64,000 nucleotides of DNA from assembly GCA_035084275.1 (NCBI GenBank), contig CM068752.1, positions 7,688,001 to 7,752,000 on the forward strand, written 5' to 3'. Shown in pieces: positions 37,602 through 50,925 of the stretch. The position numbers and the translations under genes were made by a program. Each line of letters begins with the position of its first letter. Within the stretch, counting starts at the first letter, position 1. The notes below the pieces were generated by a model. The model worked only from the letters and a program-made list of their open reading frames with translations, had not been told where the DNA came from and did no database searches. This stretch comes from Hydrolagus colliei. Its lineage: Eukaryota.

Positions 37602-40494
37602 CTGGGGAAACACCCAAGCAACACGGTTAGCATCTCGTACAGAACAGGTAGAGGGTAAGTCATTACTCTGACTTATTTATACAGCAGCATAGCAATGCTC
37701 TGGGGTTTTTCCTAACCAGAGGCAATGATTTGTTGAACTAATAGACAGAGGAAAATTATTCCCATTAACCTGGACGATAATAATAATAAATCATGCATTT
37801 GATATAGAGCTTTTCCCATCTTCTAAAACGCTTCACTGAATATACTGTATATACTGACTGTATTTTATGAGTGAAGCGCAGCAGCCAATTGCACACAGCA
37901 GCGTCCCACAAACAGTCATGGATTGAGTGACTTTTTTGAGCGATGTTACCCTCGGAAGGCAATCCACCAATCGACTAACATCCAACCGGGTTCCTACTTA
38001 CTGCTAGGCTTGTGTGCTGAGCAAGGACACTTGCCTAAGGTTTCACTTCCTGCTGTCCCCTCAGCCTAGAGACATTGACCAGCATTTTACATTCACAAAA
38101 CATTGGCAATTACTGTTCATCGGCTCGGTGCTGCTGGGACCGGGGGCCGCTGTTACTGTGAACCAGCCTCAAAAGTGATCAGTGATGATTTCCTCCCAGT
38201 TATGACATCCCCCTCCAGGCGGGAAAATACATTCACAGCCTCCCCGACAGCTCAAATGCCCGTTAAACAGCCATTATTAGCAATGATTCTATTTGGCTCC
38301 AATTACGGCTCAGGATCTGCGCTGGACGGAGCACTGGGTGTGAGAGACGCGCCTCTGATCACTGAGAATTCCTCTCAGATTAGCTCTCAGTGGACCCGAG
38401 GGGGAGTCACAGATCTGGGGCTCCTCACCCACTATCAGAGCACCTTTTAATTGAAATGACGTACGCAGCAATAATGAGTGTCCTGTCTAAATAATCCGAG
38501 CTTTTTTTATTTCCCAGGTTTTCACCTCCCAGAACAACTCACCCCTCGTTTCCCAGCGACCTCCTGCGCAAACACTGCGCAGCTGAGCCACACAATGGAA
38601 TCAAAGTTCATTTGAAGAAGGTGGAACCTTTCAGCCAGATGTCTATTAAAACCCTGCATTAGGACACTACGTCCTGAACTTGGCAACACTCTCCCTCTAT
38701 TGTCTCCACCTTCCTCATCTTCAGGTTGGGCTTGTAGAATTTCCTATTCGACCGTTGACCACAGTTACGTCCCACTCCGCGGTCCGCCACCGTCAAGCTG
38801 TTGTTGTAAACGGGTGGCACTGAGGCTGAGAAACTCACTGACAGTATAACTATTATTATTGATAATAATACACAATAATAAAAATGGGTAAGTTCAATCC
38901 ACGACTATTTGTGGGACACTGCTGTGCACAATTGGCTGCCACGTTTCGCCCACAAATATACAGTCAATTCACTTTACAGTATATTCTGTGAAGCGCTTTG
39001 AGACATCGATAAGATGTGAAAAGCGTTATATCAAATGCAAGAATTATTCTTAACTGCATCTGCTGTCTCTCACCATTGTTCCCATTGTGCTGAGCACCAG
39101 CACAGTCACTACACACTGAATGGCCTCCTTCTGTGTTGCAAAAGGGACAGAGGCAATGCAATGCTCCAAACAGACTGTCCAGCACTTGTTTATCTGTTTC
39201 CGTCCGATGGCATGTCACGAAGCTGTCTCCTCTGCCTCAATGTCACATCTGCACAGAATCACGTGAGGACGGAGCGAGAGGCCAGAGTGGATCAGAGAGA
39301 GCGTTCAGGGACACGATTAGTTGCTGCCTCAGAATGTGAGCCAACTCCCAGGTGCACACTGAGCAGCCAACACTCCCCTCTCAGGCTCCATAAACTCAAA
39401 ACTCAAAGCCAACAAAACTTTCCTGGTAACTATCAACAACCTCCTCTTTGGTGCACATTTTTCTCCTGTGGTTCTTAACTCTTTATAAAGCCTGTGCAGT
39501 CCAGTAGCTTAGTGGTCAGGGCACTCGCCTCGCGAGTTTCGAGTCCCGGGCACAGTGAAACATTGGACCAACAAGAAAGTTACATGAGTATAGCGCATTT
39601 CACGTCGGGAGGACGTCCCAAGGTGCTGGATCAGTTTCTTTACCAATTTCTTTACTCCACATGCCTCTGTTTACTGAGCAGTAATTAGGAATCTCCTTGT
39701 TAGTCAATTGGAGGATTGCTTTCCAGGATAATAATCCCTTCAAAAATAATAATAATAATTTGTGGGACAGTTTTGCCGACAAAATATACAGTCAATTCAC
39801 TTGATAGTACATCCCGCGAAGCTCTTTGAGACAATGTGAAGACGTGATAAGGCTGTACGTCAAATGCAAGGATTATTATTAAGGTGAGGTGGAAAGAGAG
39901 AGGAGAGAGACCAGTCACAATCTTAACCAAAATAGATACGTCTCAAGGGCCCACAATACACAAAATCCAAAGCTCTTTTGCTGAATATTTAACCAAGGCA
40001 AAACAGCAAGATAAGTGGGGAAGGCGAGAGTGAGGTGGTTTAACTGGGAGTAAAACTCTGTTTATATTAGATTACTATAATGTGATTCTAAACTGCATAA
40101 ATATGAATACATAAACACATGAAGCTGAGACTGAGTCTCGGCCTGTAGCAAACTTAGCATTAAATCAAAGGGATTTCTCAGGCAATAAATGCAAATCAAC
40201 TGCAGCTCATTAAGTGCTGGCTAAACAAGGATAATACTCGAGTTTTTTAAGGGCAAAGATTTTATTATTATTTGTCTCTTTCTCTCTCTCTCTCTGTCTC
40301 TTTCATTGCTGTGCATTCCTAGGCTCTCAACAGCTGCTTTCTGCAAACCCTGTGGTTTGTTTTCCCAATATCCTTTCCTCTTCTGGTACGTTGCACGTTT
40401 CTCATGTGCTGTTTAGTGTTTGTGTCAGTGAGTCTGTTTCACTTGGCTTTCTGGCATTTCAACCTTTTCTTACGTTTTATATCTATCTATGTGG

Positions 40495-40800
40495 AGTCCA
40501 GTAGCTCAGTGCTCGCCTCCCAAGCTAGAGGACCCAGGTCCGAGTCCTGGGCAGGGCGAAACATTGGTCGACTTTCCTTACTCCACATCCCTCTGTTTAC
40601 CCATCAGTAAGTAGGAACCTGGTTCTTCGGCGACTAATGGATCACTTTTCCAGGGATAATAATCTCTTTGCAAACAAAAAAATGTATAATTTGGTCACTC
40701 AATCCACGACTTTTTGTGGGACACGGCTGTGCACGATTGGCTGCCGTGTTTCGCCCACAAAATACAGTCAATTTACTATATTTTCTATGAAGGGCTTTGA
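40495..40800 (+). mobile_element. DeuSINE-like SINE in the ARSI intron
   Basis: Head gagtccagtagctcagtg and core present. Confidence 0.8.
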
Positions 40801-41610
40801 GATGTATGCATCCGGAGGGTTGTGATTTGTTGGCTTGAAATGAACTTCACGTTAACTCGAACTTCAGCTGAAATTTGACTCCAGCCAAATATGAAGCAGA
40901 CAGCAGGTCAACCTGTCAACCGTGCATTTGACACAACACCTTATCATGTTATAGACACATCTCAAAGCACTTCACAGAATATATTTTGAAGTGGATTGAC
41001 CGTATAATCATTTGGAAAAAAAAACATCATTTTATGAGATTTAGAAGTCGGAATTTATTAATTTATTGCAACAAAGCAAATACTTTTTCCACCCCGAAAA
41101 TGAAAACATATTTCACATTCTTGAATTTGAGGTTGGATTAGAAAAACACAGAACGTAATACAAATTCAGCTGGACTGAATGAATAAATGAATGAATGTAT
41201 GAAGGAATGAATGAATGAATGAAGGAATGAATGAATGAACCAATTTAATCAGATAGATACATGGAAAAAGTTTGTGTTTCTCGAATTCTTGGGTAAACAC
41301 AATGTCTGCTGCCGGATGGAAGTTTTAATAATAATATTACAAATAATCCTTGCATTTGATATAGTGCTTTATTATGTTTTCTAGATGTCTCAAAACGCTT
41401 CACAGGATATACTGTAAAGTGTAGTGACTTATATTTTGTGGGTTAACATTTGGATTGGTTGGTTTTAAAAATACGAATACCCTGGCACTCTGCAGATATA
41501 TTCATCATAATATTAACTTGGTAACTCAATCCACGACTCTTTGTGGGACGCTGCTGTGTGCAGTTGGCTGCCACGTTTCGTCCACAAATATACAGTCTAT
41601 TCACTTTCTC

Positions 41611-41920
41611 TCAAAACACAAAATACTGCAGATGCTGGAAGTCTGAAACAAAAACAGAAACAACCACCACAACAAAATGACATTTATAGAGCACCTTTCA
41701 CATCGGGAGAACGCTCGGCAGCAGGTTAGGCAGCATCTACGGAGAGAAGAAAGTTGAGTCAATGTTTCGGGTCCTGAACCCTTCGTTCTGACCCCCCCCA
41801 TCCCTCCCCCCAGTTCTGACGAAGGGTCGTGGACCCCAAAAGTTGACTCACTTTTCGTCTCTCCATAGATGCTGCCTGACCTGCTGCAGATTGCTCCCAG
41901 CCACTTCTGTTTTTGTTTCA
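41611..41920. mobile_element. Penelope-like-element-derived inverted repeat (shark-type) in the ARSI intron; partial second copy at about 45910-46030
   Basis: Arms gcagcagg(t/c)aggcagcatct..ggagag...gggtc..gacccttcgt are reverse complements over about 100 nt; a short SINE/L2 tail interrupts the left arm. Family assigned from memory. Confidence 0.65.
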
Positions 41921-42048
41921 CTTATCAGTATATCCTTTGAGACGTCTCAAAGAATTGATAAGGCGATACGTTAAATGCAAGGATTATTATCATTGTCATT
42001 ACTATTCGCTGCCTTGCAGTTAGCCGCAAGCCACAGCCCCAGCCTTAC

Positions 42049-42356
42049 CTCCCTGTGATCAGTTGGCTTCGGGATGGAGTGCAGATGGGTTGAATGTAAT
42101 AATTCTCCAGTTTAACCCCTTCCGCTGCCAGTCGGTCAAGGGTTGGGGTGTGAATCTCCGAGCCGTGGTACCCGACATCGTGATAGCCTTGATCATCGGC
42201 CAGGATGAAGATGAGGTGAGGTTTCTGCTTTACTCTGTTGCCCTTCAAGGGTGTGTGGTCCTCTCCTCCCAGTCCAGTGTTCAGCCAGTCCCAGGATAGA
42301 TAACCGAAAGACAGCAAACTGACCAGGGAAAAGCCTGTCAGAGCATAGACTGCCAT
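42049..42356 (-). CDS. ARSI: Arylsulfatase I, exon 1 (308 nt): N-terminal hydrophobic segment, ILADDQG metal-binding motif, CTPSR formylglycine motif
   Basis: ORF 42045..42356 reads [24 protein letters not shown]...[15 protein letters not shown], closely matching human ARSI. Donor AG|gtaagg (phase 2). Confidence 0.97.
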
Positions 42357-42680
42357 GGTTTGGTTTTCAGGTTAACACACACACATCCCTCCCTCCCTCC
42401 CTCCCTCCCTCCCTCTCCCTGCCTCCCTCCCTCACTGCCTGACAGCAACTTTTGGGGGAAAAAAGTTTCTAAGAACTTTTGGATCAAACTTTTCTCAACA
42501 TTTATTCTGCAAAAGTTCTGAGAGTTTACAGTCTGGTTAAAGCCTTTTTTTTCCTGTTATAATTTCACTGTAAATCAAACACACAAACCCTTTCTCTTCA
42601 GAGCCTGTATCTCTGTGTGTGTCTGTGTGTGTCTGTGTATCTCTCTGTGCGTCTCTCTGTGTCTCTGGCTCCGTCTGTCG

Positions 42681-42795
42681 CTTATACTCGGGCAGCAGCA
42701 GTGCAGCCCAACTTGATGACGGTTAGAAAGCACCGCCCCTCGCTCTGTGATCGGACGGTTCCTGGGGCTGTGGCCCTGTCCGGCGTTTCTATTGG
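42681..42795 (-). promoter_or_regulatory. Candidate ARSI promoter: CCAAT box (42791-42795), GC box (42732-42739), TATA-like TATAAG (42681-42686)
   Basis: Correct order and spacing on the ARSI strand, in a locally CpG-richer stretch 330-440 nt upstream of the ATG. Confidence 0.45.
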
Positions 42796-44435
42796 CTGCG
42801 CTTGATGCCCATCACCGACGGCTGTTACCCTCCCCATCAGGTTAGGTTGCAGGTACAGTTGTGCAAACATGCAGCCAGAAATCTGGCCACCACTGACAGC
42901 TACACACACTGACACACATACTGACACACACAGCTGGCCAGGGTCAGGGCTATGCACACACATACACATACTTGCACACACACTGCCACACTCACACCGT
43001 ATTTTCTGTGAAGCGCTTTGAGATGTATTAACGATGCGATAAAGAACTCTTTATCAAATCATAAGGATTAAAATGCAAGAATTATTAGAAACACCAGAAT
43101 ATTTCCATATTTATTTCACAGACATCAAGACATCTGAGACCTTGCCCTGTGTTAGTGGTGCGGGGGGGGTGGGGGGGGGGGGGGTAGATATAAATTCCAG
43201 TTGTTGCTGAATGGTTAATGTCATTAAGCATTAGCTTCCAAAAGTTGAAAAAGTTCTGGGACTCATTTTTGCACATACAGGAATAAAGGAACAGCAGGAA
43301 GCCATTCGACCCAACAAACCCATTTTATTTACTTCTTGTCAGATTTTGAAATTTATATTTCTCAATCCTCACTCCGTGTCCCTAATCCCCTTAAAACCCC
43401 GTGTCTCTTGTGTTTCCCTGGGGAGAGTGCTTGCTGCATGCTTAGCCGCCTGCTTTCTGCTCTCACATGCCCGAATGACAGGAGAAATAACTTTTTCTTA
43501 TTCCTGATCCAAGCACATAACCACATAAGCATAAAAGTTTATGTCTCCAGCAGGGATTCTATAAACCATGGATTAAAATTGCCCAATTTGCTAAATCTTT
43601 ATTCCCAACCCACGTAATCTCTGAGTCAGCAGTTTGAATGTCTGAGACGCCTCCCCACCCCGCCCCCCCACCTCTCCCCCCCATTAGTAACAGATGGGAC
43701 TAGGCAAGTGAAGTTCTTTTTTTAATAAAGATAAAGATATTTTTAATAAAAATTCTATAATTATGCTGTGAATTTTATACGTTGAAAGAAAATATTTTTA
43801 AGTCCAGTCACAGGCTGGAAAAAACCAACGCAGCTCAGAGTAATAATAAACCCTGACATTTACTCAATCTCTCCCTCAAACACTCCGAGACACGACCCTG
43901 TGTGAAGGGCGCTGGATATATGCAACTTGTCGTCGTTGTTGTTGTCTTGCCGCTCAATCAGTTTGCTCCCCAATCACAGCAGGCATCAGTGTGGCACACA
44001 GCACTTTCAATCAGTGAGTTGTTGTTATATTACCAGTTTCCGGCATCTGAGTGGCCAGTAACATGTTTAATAGCACAATTTAGTGACTCACTTGAGCAGC
44101 GGAAAGTTTATAAACTATTAAAAATAAGTTTTAAGAGTTTATTTTGCACAAGGTTTTGCAGTTGCACAACAACTAGTGAGAGGGAGAGGCAGAGCGAGAC
44201 TGTAACTGTCTGAATCAGCCTCCTCTGAGCCATTGCCAATGTCACATTGAGCTACCATAACATGTCCATTGTAACCAAGCCTTACACCTCAAGATGCTTT
44301 ACCCTCTCATTCTGGTCCTTATTGGCAGGACATTGTCTCCTTATATCTGTGATGATTGGTACAGCAGATTAAAGGATACTGGGAAATGATTGATCCAATT
44401 GTACAGCTTGTGTCAGTGTCCAGCAACAACACAGC

Positions 44436-44690
44436 TTAGAGACACAATAAAGCTCCCACTGCACATTCCCAGGTCTGGGTTAGAGACACAGTAAAGCTCC
44501 CTCTACGCTGTGCATCCATCCGTCTACACTCCCATGTCGGGTTTAGAGACACAGTAAAGCTCTCTCTACATTGTGTGCCTGTCCACACTCCCAGCTGGGT
44601 CAGGGTGAGAGATACAGTAAAGCTCCCTCTACACTGTCTGTCCATCCACACTCCCAGGTCAGTGACAACACAGGTTAGAGACACAGTATA
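44436..44690 (+). repeat. Five-unit degenerate tandem repeat with core TTAGAGACACAGTAAAGCTCCCTCTAC (units start at 44436, 44480, 44543, 44606, 44675); single inverted unit at about 51490-51550
   Basis: Seen directly; resembles a tandem repeat I recall as abundant in shark genomes. Confidence 0.85.
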
Positions 44691-47004
44691 GCCTTTTTGT
44701 CAATATCTTTAAATCTGATTTCCTTGCCTATTGCCCATCACTGCAGTTGTTCAAGTTTTCAGACATCTGTTTACATTGAAAGGCCTTACCCTGTGAGACT
44801 TAAGATGAAGACTTCATTGTGTAATTGAGTATGTGTCCAGCAGAGGGAAGCAATAGAGGAGATAAAGCAGCCATTAGTCTGTGAGCTGAGGGGCTGAGAT
44901 CAGTCACTGACTGGTGGGAGCAGTTAGGAACGTACCATGTCACCACCTCTCCCCATTCCCTGCCACACATCGTTCTCGGTTGGGCTCGTTATGATCCAAG
45001 TGGGAATCGGAGAAACAACTTGCATTTAGAGTCTCGGAGCGATTATCAATGACAGAGCCCAATGCCGAGCCAACGATTAAGGAGCGACAAAAGACACACC
45101 CGATGTCCTTCCTGCTTTATCTAATCAGGAGAGAAGAGATAGAGAGAAGTGTTTGGCTTGCCTGCCATTTTCCAACAGTAGATACTCTATCTCTGAATCA
45201 CAGTTCTGTTTTGTCATAATAATAATAATCCTTGCGATTATCAAATTGGAACCTATAGCGTCTTATCATGTCTTCGAAGTGCCTGAAGCACTCTGTCGGA
45301 TGGGTAGAGAGTGCAGGCTGGACGAGGCTTTCAGGAGGAAGGACGTAATTGTAATTTCAAGCCAAGAATTTTAAAATGATTTCTCCTCCGTCAGTCCCAT
45401 CCGGAGCGGCCGAGCACAGCAGGAGCCGCCGTGGAAGATGTTCAGACAGAGATGTTTGTGTGTGTCGTGTGATTCCCTGAACCAGATAACAGCTGAGGCA
45501 CACTCAGCCAGTAAACACAAGAGATTTCCACCCTTAGAACAACTGGGAGAGAGAATGCTGTTTCTCCATTTAGATTGTTATCGTTTGGTTCTGAGGCGCC
45601 ACCCAGTGTGAAGGGCGCTGCATAAATGCAAGTTGTTTATGTTGTTGTCTGGTGTCAAATTAACACTGACTACGGCAGCAGATTGTGAGGCTGTCTCAGA
45701 GTGACAGTCCCAACCTTGGGACGTTTTTGTATTCTGTGAAGTGCTTTGAGACGTCGATTAAGACGTGGAAAGCGCTATATAAATGTAAGGATTATTATTA
45801 TTTATTATAACTAGGGGATGTGAAAAGGGCTAAACAGAGAGGTCAGGGAGAGGAGAAAGATCAGGTGAAGGACAGGAGATGATGAGATCACTGCACCCTT
45901 CTAACAGTGCACAGTCCTGGTGAAAGGCCATGGAGACCTGACACTTTCCTCTCTCCATAGATGTTGCCTGACCTGCTGACTGCTGTTTTGATGTCAGATT
46001 TCCAGCAGCTGAAGGATATTTTGGTTTTTCTTTCATTGGAAGCAGCGTTTGGCAATGTGGAGCCGAGGCTTTAGTTTTAGCATGGTCTGGGGTTAGCTCC
46101 AATAACACTGCTGATGAAAGGTGGCCTTCAGGTCTGGGCAGCTGATCGTTCTACAAACATTCTCTCTGCTTAATTAACAGGAGAATTTCAGCCTGTGTTC
46201 AATGCTCGGATCTGGCTCCGATTCCAATTTCAGTGGCACAGCTCTGTGGCCTCTGACTAACCATCTTGCTGATATTTCATCCACAAAATATTCAGTCAAT
46301 TCACTTTACCGTATATTCTGTGAAGACGCAAGGATTATTATTAATATTATTTCCTCGATGATACTGTATTTAATTCTGTGCCGGAGCATTCACTTTGATG
46401 TTCTGTTTACTTGATTCCATGTCTTATAAACGGAGGTAAAAGATCCAAGCTCGTGACACAGGCACATCCACCAACCACACTGGGTCATGGGGTGGGGGGG
46501 CGCAGATTGATAGAGAACGTTCTACCTGCTCTGTATCACTGTCTGTTTTATCCCCCAAAAGACTTTTGTTCCTCAACCTCACTCTGTGTGTTACTGATCT
46601 CAGCCTCGCTCTATGCTGAATGGCTGATCTCAGGCAGGGTAATCAGACCGGGCTACAAGTCAGGAGAGGATGAGCCAGGGATTCTCCCCTGATCATCATT
46701 CCCAGATGCTCAGCCTGTGTGTGTGTGTGTGTGCATGCGTGTGTGTGCGTGTGTGTGAGTGTGTGTGTGTGTGTGTGTGTGAGTGTGAGGAAGGGAGGAC
46801 AGGATATGTAGCCAGGTACAGTGGCAGGTTCGTGTGGCTGAAAAGGAAACTATTTCCTCAGCTTTCGAGCAGCTGCCAACATCCACAGCAACATTTACCC
46901 TTTCAATTAGTCTGGTTCTGCAGCCTGGAGTCATCAGCACTGCGGAGAATCATTCTCATCAACGTGTTCTCCCTCAGCAACTTTTCCTCATGCTCCACAT
47001 TGTG

Positions 47005-47305
47005 GAGTCCCCGTATCTCGGTCACCAGAGCATGAGCGAGAGACCTGGGTTCAATTCCAGGCAGGTCAGGGTTAAACCTTGGGCATGTTTCCTTACTCCA
47101 CATGCCTGATAATAATCCTTGAAAGACAAATTTGGTCATTTCAACCCACGACTGCTCGTGGGGACAGCTGTGTGTAATTGCCTGCCAAGTTTCGCCCACA
47201 AAGATAAAGCCAATTCACTTTACAGTATATTCTGTGAAGCATTTTGAGACGTTTAGAAGACATGAAAAGCGCAATATTAAATGCAAGGATTATTATTATT
47301 ATTAT
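47005..47305 (+). mobile_element. DeuSINE-like SINE
   Basis: B box ggttcaattcc, core and (ATT)n tail. Confidence 0.8.
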
Positions 47306-50300
47306 CCCAACACTTTATTCATTATCCCCAGAGTAAATAGCTTCATTTCCTTCACCAATCATTAGCCCTTGAGTGTGAGGTTGTGTTTGTGTGTATATGC
47401 TTGTGTCTGTGTACGTGTGTCTTGACTATTTGAGTCTGTGTGTGTGTGAGTGTGTGTTGATGTGTATGTTTGTGTGTTGCTGTGTGAATACATGTGTGTA
47501 CGTGTGCCTTCATGTATATGTGTTTGTGTGTGTAAGTGAGTATATGTGTACTGTCTATGTGTATGTGTATATGTGTGAGTGTGAGTGAGTTTGACACTTC
47601 CCAGCACAGCACTACCAACTCTACTTTCCTCGCGTCCCAAACTTTTGAACTTTTGGCTGAGGAATGTTTTGCTTTGGAAATCTGTAGCCATCAGCAAAAG
47701 CAAAACCACTTTAGAAAAATGTACATTCCGTAAATAAAGTGAACACCTTTGATCTCGCCTGTACAAATAGCTCCTGCCCTCCAGCCAGAAACGAGAGCCA
47801 GGTATAACGAGAGGAATGTCAGCTTTTAATATGTGGTGTCTTTAATAGCTGCTGTTCTTTTTTGCTGCTAATTTGTACCATTGCGGCTTTGGCCAAATTG
47901 TGGGAGACGAGTTTGGGGATCTTCAGCTCTCTGTGCCTGTCCGCTCCACACATCTGCTGCAATGGGTCATTATTATACGTTATACAGATGTGACATGAGG
48001 ATCAGATCTACTTACTGATAAACTCGGGTTTTATGTCTCCAGCTCCTCTGTATGGAAAATAAACAAATAATTTATAACAAGTTACCTTGTCAAATAGCAC
48101 AGTAATTACTGTCAAACACAGCGCTTTTGTAAGCAGACATAAATACAGTAAAGGTCTCACAAACAAGCCGTGAGGTGAATGAAAAATTTATCTGGAGGGA
48201 TCTCGGCTGACAGTCTAGCTCCTGACACAGGTCTAAAGTGGGAGAAATGGACACTGTATGAAAGGTGAGGAGAGAGGGTCCCCATCTTGTGGATGTGGCT
48301 ATGATTCCATGGCAGGGAAATTGCCTAATTCTTATCATTGTTAATGAGAACACATACGATTTCAATATGTTCTGTATTCTTTATGACAAGCCATTCGAGT
48401 GTTTAGACTGTATGAGGCTCTATCCACATCAATGTGGTGCTGTTGTATGCTGATCAGCGCAGGGTAAGTCAAGACACTGCAGTCTGTGACTCCTCTGGGT
48501 AGATCTGTTATCTGGCAGGTCGCAGAGTCACAATAGGAATGGGTAGTGATGGCTGGCTGACTGACTGTGACTGACTGACTGCCCGCTCTGTGTTTGCTGA
48601 CCAGCCAGTGTCAGACCATTAAAATGGTTATCGTCAAATCAGATTTCGAAGTAGAAGCTGGGAATGTGCCTGGGACAAGTTCCTTTAGATTCCGAAAGGC
48701 TGTGGATGCTGGATCTAATCAAATTCTCTAGACTCAGGATAGATGTTTGCCAGGTCATCAAGGGATATAATAATAATAATAATCCTTGCATTTTATATAG
48801 TGCTTTTCACATCTTATTGATGTCTTAAACGCTTCACCGAATATATTGTAAAGTGAATTGACTGTATATTTGTGGGCGATATGGGACAAAGGCAGGGAAT
48901 TGGAGTTGAGGTGCAGATCAACCTTGATCTTACAGATTGGCAGAACAGACTCGAGGGCCTGAATGGTCAGTGGCCTGAACAACATCCTGTGATAAATGTT
49001 CTATCGTTTCCAGATGTGTTTTTTGCCCTGATTTTCCACAGGCTGCAGAATCAATGGAGCCATTCACTAACTGATGGGAATGCTGGGTGTTGGCAGTGGG
49101 TGGGGAGTACACAGGACTTCAGTGGGAGCCGCACACACCAGCACACGACCTTTCAAATCAGTGACATTTCAGTCTGCAGTGGAGCTATATATATATAATG
49201 AGTGTAAAGTTCTGCTCTATTTGCGCTGCTCAGCGGCCTGTCTCCCAATAAACCCCCGGGGTTATTGCAGGTCACTGCTCACGAACCTTGGGGCGAGGGG
49301 AGGATGGGGGTTAGGGGTACATTACAGGAGAGCTCTGCACATACCCATCAAGCGTTCCTAAACTCTAATAACAATAATAATAATCCTTGCATTTGATATA
49401 GTGCTTTCCACGTCTGAAAATTATTGTCAGGCATGTGGAGTAAGGACACTTACCCAAGGTTTCGACCTGACCTGCTGGGAATTGAACCCACGTCTCTCAC
49501 TTGTAAGACGAGTGCTCTAACCCTGTAGCTACAGGACTACAATATTATGTCTCATATCCCTTCACAGAATACACTGTAAGGTGAATTTTCCATCCCTGAC
49601 ATTCACATTGTCTGTGCTGGTACCAAACCTGCTCACTAATCCCTGCCGCTGCTTGCGTCTCCCCTTTCACACCCACTCACCTTCCTCCTCAATCTGTGTG
49701 TCAGTGGCTCTCAGTGACTGTGGAGGAAGCAGGAGCTATATCTGCCATGCATCTGGCGGCAATGTATTTCTGGAAGGATCTGTGAAGTGTTGCCCTTCGT
49801 GGATTTCCTCCCTGGTTTCCTGGGTACACACGTTAGTTCAGCACAACACTTGTTTACTGTGCAAATTTATAGATGTGGTCTTTGAATTAGTTGGAAAAGA
49901 GGTTTGCAGCTTATTTGAGGGCTTTGGGAATGTTATCCATTGCTATATGTTGGGTTTTGGGACATCCTCCCAATGCGAAAAACACAATGTAAATGTGAAT
50001 TATTGTGGTTTGGAATTGGGAATGTTACAGGTGTACAGCGTGAATACTGCTGAAAATACTGAGTACGTCTTGGCTCTGACCAGCCGTCCACTTGGCTGTT
50101 TAACCTTTGATTTCTCGCCCTGCCTTTGCCGACTTTCTGGTGGGACTCCCATTGTGACCAGGATCTGACTTCTGGAAGATAGTGAAAGTCGGGCCTATAA
50201 ATAGCAGCTGGTAAAAGGGCAGGCAGTTTGGTGACTGACCAACTTGGCTGCCTGACTGGTTGGTTGGTTGGTTCGTTGGTCAGTCGGTCGGTTGGTTGGT

Positions 50301-50589
50301 TGGCTGGCTGACTGACTGACTGGCTGACTGACTGACTGGCTCAGCGGTGAGACATAGAGTACTGCAGCCAAAGCCAGAGAAACACCAAATTGTGGCTGAC
50401 AGTTTCTAACGGTTCATCTGCTTCCAATCACTGATCAAACCCACTCTGTGTTTGAACAGTTTGTTGTCCTTGGCTGTGTTTTACTTTGTGGCCTCTTCCC
50501 TCGGCTGCCAATGAGTGCAGCACAGCTGTGTGCTGGCTCTTGGGTCCGATCTGAGCTGAGCATACAGTCTCTCTCCTTTGCTACCGTTA

Positions 50590-50925
50590 TCCTATAGTGC
50601 AGTGGTTAGCGCGCTCGCCTCACAAGCGAGTGACCTGGGTTTGATTCCCAGGCAGCCTAAACCTTAGTCAAGTTTCCTTACACCAGACACACACACAAAC
50701 GTGCCTCTGTTTACCTGGCAGTAAGTCGGAACCCGGTTGTTAATTGATTGATGGATCACTTTCTGGGGGTGATAATCCCTCAAAAAAGAAATAAGTGGTC
50801 TCTCAATCCACGACTGTTTGTGGGGATGTTGCAATGCGCAATTAGCTGCTGCGTCCAAAGATTCAGTCACTTACACTTGACAGTGTGTTCTGTGAAGCGC
50901 TTTTAGACGTCTAGAAGACGTGATT
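50590..50925 (+). mobile_element. Near full-length DeuSINE-like SINE
   Basis: tRNA-like head tagtgcagtggttagcgcgctcgcc...gggtttgattccc, followed by the core. Confidence 0.8.

Noticed and set aside
36235-37613. Several long ORFs overlapping ARSI exon 2 (e.g. + strand 152 aa and 195 aa)
   Set aside because: Antisense and alternate-frame shadows of a GC-rich coding exon; no independent motifs.
44436-44690. CRISPR-like look (constant core, variable spacers)
   Set aside because: Vertebrate DNA, spacers are homologous to each other (cactcccagg), and there are no cas genes.
46933-46950. RE1/NRSE-like ATCAGCACTGCGGAGAAT
   Set aside because: Mismatches in both half-sites and no 3' GCGCC; too weak without data.
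49581-50168. 195-aa plus-strand ORF
   Set aside because: GTG start adjoining SINE sequence, Cys/Leu-rich low-information composition, no recognisable domain or splice context.
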